Shown piece after piece: positions 62,062 to 64,000 of a stretch of DNA of 64,000 nt. The stretch covers positions 8,604 to 72,603 of the forward strand of contig JBGURX010000021.1 of assembly GCA_045132235.1 (NCBI GenBank), given 5' to 3'. Numbering within the stretch: position 1 is the first letter of the stretch; the number at the start of each line of letters is the position of its first letter. The translations under genes and the position numbers were made by a program. The DNA comes from Bacteroidales bacterium. Its GTDB lineage: Bacteria > Bacteroidota > Bacteroidia > Bacteroidales > WCHB1-69. The notes below the pieces were generated by a model. The model ran no database searches and was not told where the DNA came from. It saw only the letters and a list, made by a program, of their open reading frames with translations.

Positions 62062-63153
62062 TTATTGTTTGATAAATCCTTCTACTTTAATAACCTGTAC
62101 AGGATTGGTGGGACTATTGGTAATCACCTCGAAATTGCTGGACTGTTTGCCACGGCGGGACTGGGCTTTGAATGTAAGTTCGAGGGTGCCTGATTGTCCG
62201 GGCTCGATGGTCATGCTGGACATCTTGTAGGAGATAGCAGGGAGGTTGTTGGTGTCAATTTTGCGGATGATGAGCGGGGTTTTACCCGTATTGGAAATGG
62301 TGATGACATCCGTGACGACCTCTTTCTGGGCGATGGTGTCGAATTTGAAGACCGTCTTGCTATACACAACTTTGGGGGCTCTTTCAAGCTCTTTCTGCGA
62401 CATCTGGGAGAAATCCTCCGTAATCTTGACAGAGTAATGGATATATTTCTTCGCTTCAATAGTATCGTTGGTAATGAGGGCGATACGGTCTTTGAGGGTC
62501 CCCCAGCCATTACGGAGGGAAGCATCGTATTTGAGTACGATGTAACCCTCTTCGCCAGCTTTGATTTCATTGCCGAAGCTGCGGCTCACCTCTTGGATGT
62601 AGGCAGGCAGTTCGGTCTGCACGGACACTTTGCGGCCGTTTTCATAGAAATTGCGGAGCCAGAGGGTATCCAAATGGGATTGGGTATTGGTAAGGTTGAC
62701 GCTGACAGAGTATTCCTTCACCCTCACTTCACCTTTACCAGCCTTGTAGCCAGCCAATTCATACTTTGTGGGGGGGCGTTTGATGACGTTGCCCTTGATG
62801 AAAATGATATACGGGCTGGCCTGATCGGGCTCGTTGGTGCTGACCTTGATGTTCTTGTTGAAACTGCCGGGGCGGTTCCACGGATCGTAGGTGGCATCGA
62901 TGAAACCGGTCTGACCGGGGGCGACTGCCTCGCGGGTGTAGTTGGCAGCGGTACAGCCGCAACCGGGCTTGACATTCGTAAGCACAAGGTCTTCCGTACC
63001 CACATTCTTGAAAATGAAACGGGCCGTTACCTTGCCGCCTTCCTCGTGAATGTCGCCAAATTCATGCGTTTTCTTTTCAAACTCGATTTTCGGCTGGGCC
63101 ATGACGCACAAAACGGCCAACAGCATCGTCAAAGATAAAACTAACTTTTTCAT
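62062..63153 (-). CDS. DUF1573 domain-containing secreted protein (multiple Ig-like repeats)
   Basis: HEFGDIHEGGKVTARFIFKNVGTEDLVLTNVKPGCGCT is an N-terminal DUF1573 unit. A second related unit lies near the C-terminus. Confidence 0.8.
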   Translation of the reverse strand: MKKLVLSLTMLLAVLCVMAQPKIEFEKKTHEFGDIHEEGGKVTARFIFKNVGTEDLVLTNVKPGCGCTAANYTREAVAPGQTGFIDATYDPWNRPGSFNKNIKVSTNEPDQASPYIIFIKGNVIKRPPTKYELAGYKAGKGEVRVKEYSVSVNLTNTQSHLDTLWLRNFYENGRKVSVQTELPAYIQEVSRSFGNEIKAGEEGYIVLKYDASLRNGWGTLKDRIALITNDTIEAKKYIHYSVKITEDFSQMSQKELERAPKVVYSKTVFKFDTIAQKEVVTDVITISNTGKTPLIIRKIDTNNLPAISYKMSSMTIEPGQSGTLELTFKAQSRRGKQSSNFEVITNSPTNPVQVIKVEGFIKQ

Positions 63154-63387
63154 CGTTACTTTATTTAAATTTTCCTAATTATTGCAGTTTACAAAAAACG
63201 GGTGCAAAAATACTATTTTATTTTGTAAAATCGCTTCCCTATTCATATTTATTTTTTTAAACTAAAAAATGCATTGTCAAAAAAAATGTCTAAATTTGCG
63301 GCTTGATTGGAGAAATGGGGGGTAGGTTTAATTCTCTCTTTGAAAAAATTTATAAATTATTAATAATCAATAGACTAATTTCCTATT

Positions 63388-64000
63388 ATGCAAATCAGTG
63401 AAATTGAAAAAATTCTTTTTGAAGGCAAAAAACTCATCATCAGTGCCGAAGACCGGAACAGAATTGAGCGCAGTTATAACTTCCTGAAGCAGTTTTCAGC
63501 CGACAAAATCATCTATGGCATCAACACGGGATTCGGTCCCATGGCGCAATATCGCATCTCCAACGACGACCTTTTGTCACTCCAATACAACATTATCCGC
63601 AGCCACTCGACGGGTGCCGGAGAGCCTTTTGACGAGATTTACGTGAAGGCCGCGATGTTGTCGCGCTACATGACCTTTGCCAGCGGCAAGTCGGGCGTGC
63701 ACATCAGTGCATTGGAGATGCTGGCAGCCTTCATCAACAACGGCGTCTATCCCTACATTCCGCAGCACGGCAGTGTAGGCGCCAGCGGCGACCTCGTGCA
63801 GCTGGCCCATCTCGCCCTCACCCTCATCGGCGAAGGACAGGTGTTCTACAAAGGAGAACTCCGTCCCACCGCCGATGTGATGAAAGAGCTCAACCTCACC
63901 CCGTTCCAGCCGCACATCCGCGAAGGCCTCGCCCTCTGCAACGGCACCGCCATGATGACCGGCGTCGGCTTGGTGAACCTGCACTATGCCAAGCAGTTGC
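63388..64000 (+). CDS. hutH: Histidine ammonia-lyase (aromatic amino acid lyase family); 3' end beyond the window
   Basis: The frame is open from ATG 63388 to the window end. YGINTGFG and the MIO-forming GSVGASGDL motif are present. A TAAATTTG box lies upstream. Confidence 0.85.
   Translation, partial: MQISEIEKILFEGKKLIISAEDRNRIERSYNFLKQFSADKIIYGINTGFGPMAQYRISNDDLLSLQYNIIRSHSTGAGEPFDEIYVKAAMLSRYMTFASGKSGVHISALEMLAAFINNGVYPYIPQHGSVGASGDLVQLAHLALTLIGEGQVFYKGELRPTADVMKELNLTPFQPHIREGLALCNGTAMMTGVGLVNLHYAKQL

Overview
This is a high-GC chromosomal segment of Bacteroidota (Bacteroidales) type. Hand counts on sampled 60-nt lines give about 57% G+C in the core genes. The taxonomic call rests on TAnnTTTG -7 promoter boxes in front of most transcription units, the nusB / DUF1573 / yajC cluster, TonB, FtsX-Lol and T9SS-associated genes, and generally weak Shine-Dalgarno signals.

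I support about 70 protein genes, one tRNA-Gln(CTG), one cobalamin riboswitch, one sigma-54 promoter and several intrinsic terminators. Most of the window is housekeeping: pepD, ribH, fmt, HU, tyrS, metF, yajC, nusB, tdk, pgk, ung, mutY and the hutH 5' end.

The stand-out region is a lower-GC accessory block at about 45.6-56.6 kb (sampled lines 40-50% G+C). It contains three parts:
- A co-directional array of seven secreted proteins, built from a duplicated and translationally coupled two-gene module. Each module pairs a 345-aa unknown protein with a formylglycine-generating-enzyme (FGE)-like lectin-fold protein that lacks the catalytic Cys pair.
- A hicAB toxin-antitoxin pair plus an orphan hicB.
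- A truncated-FGE-like gene followed by an outer-membrane beta-barrel gene that is bracketed by TGAAAAT-type heptamer arrays.

A second, decayed copy of that last module sits at 4.06-4.92 kb, next to a cobalamin riboswitch. That riboswitch unexpectedly precedes a CoA-transferase / small-membrane-protein operon.

Other items worth a look:
- a perfect sigma-54 promoter upstream of hsp20
- a HydS-like Fe-S / HATPase / DRTGG sensor trio with no hydrogenase nearby
- an APH-kinase fused to a RapZ C-terminal domain
- a family of small Cys-patterned lipoproteins
- two same-stem perfect palindromes bracketing ung

I saw no CRISPR array, integrase, transposase or reverse transcriptase. All family assignments come from motif recognition by eye and need HMM or BLAST confirmation.
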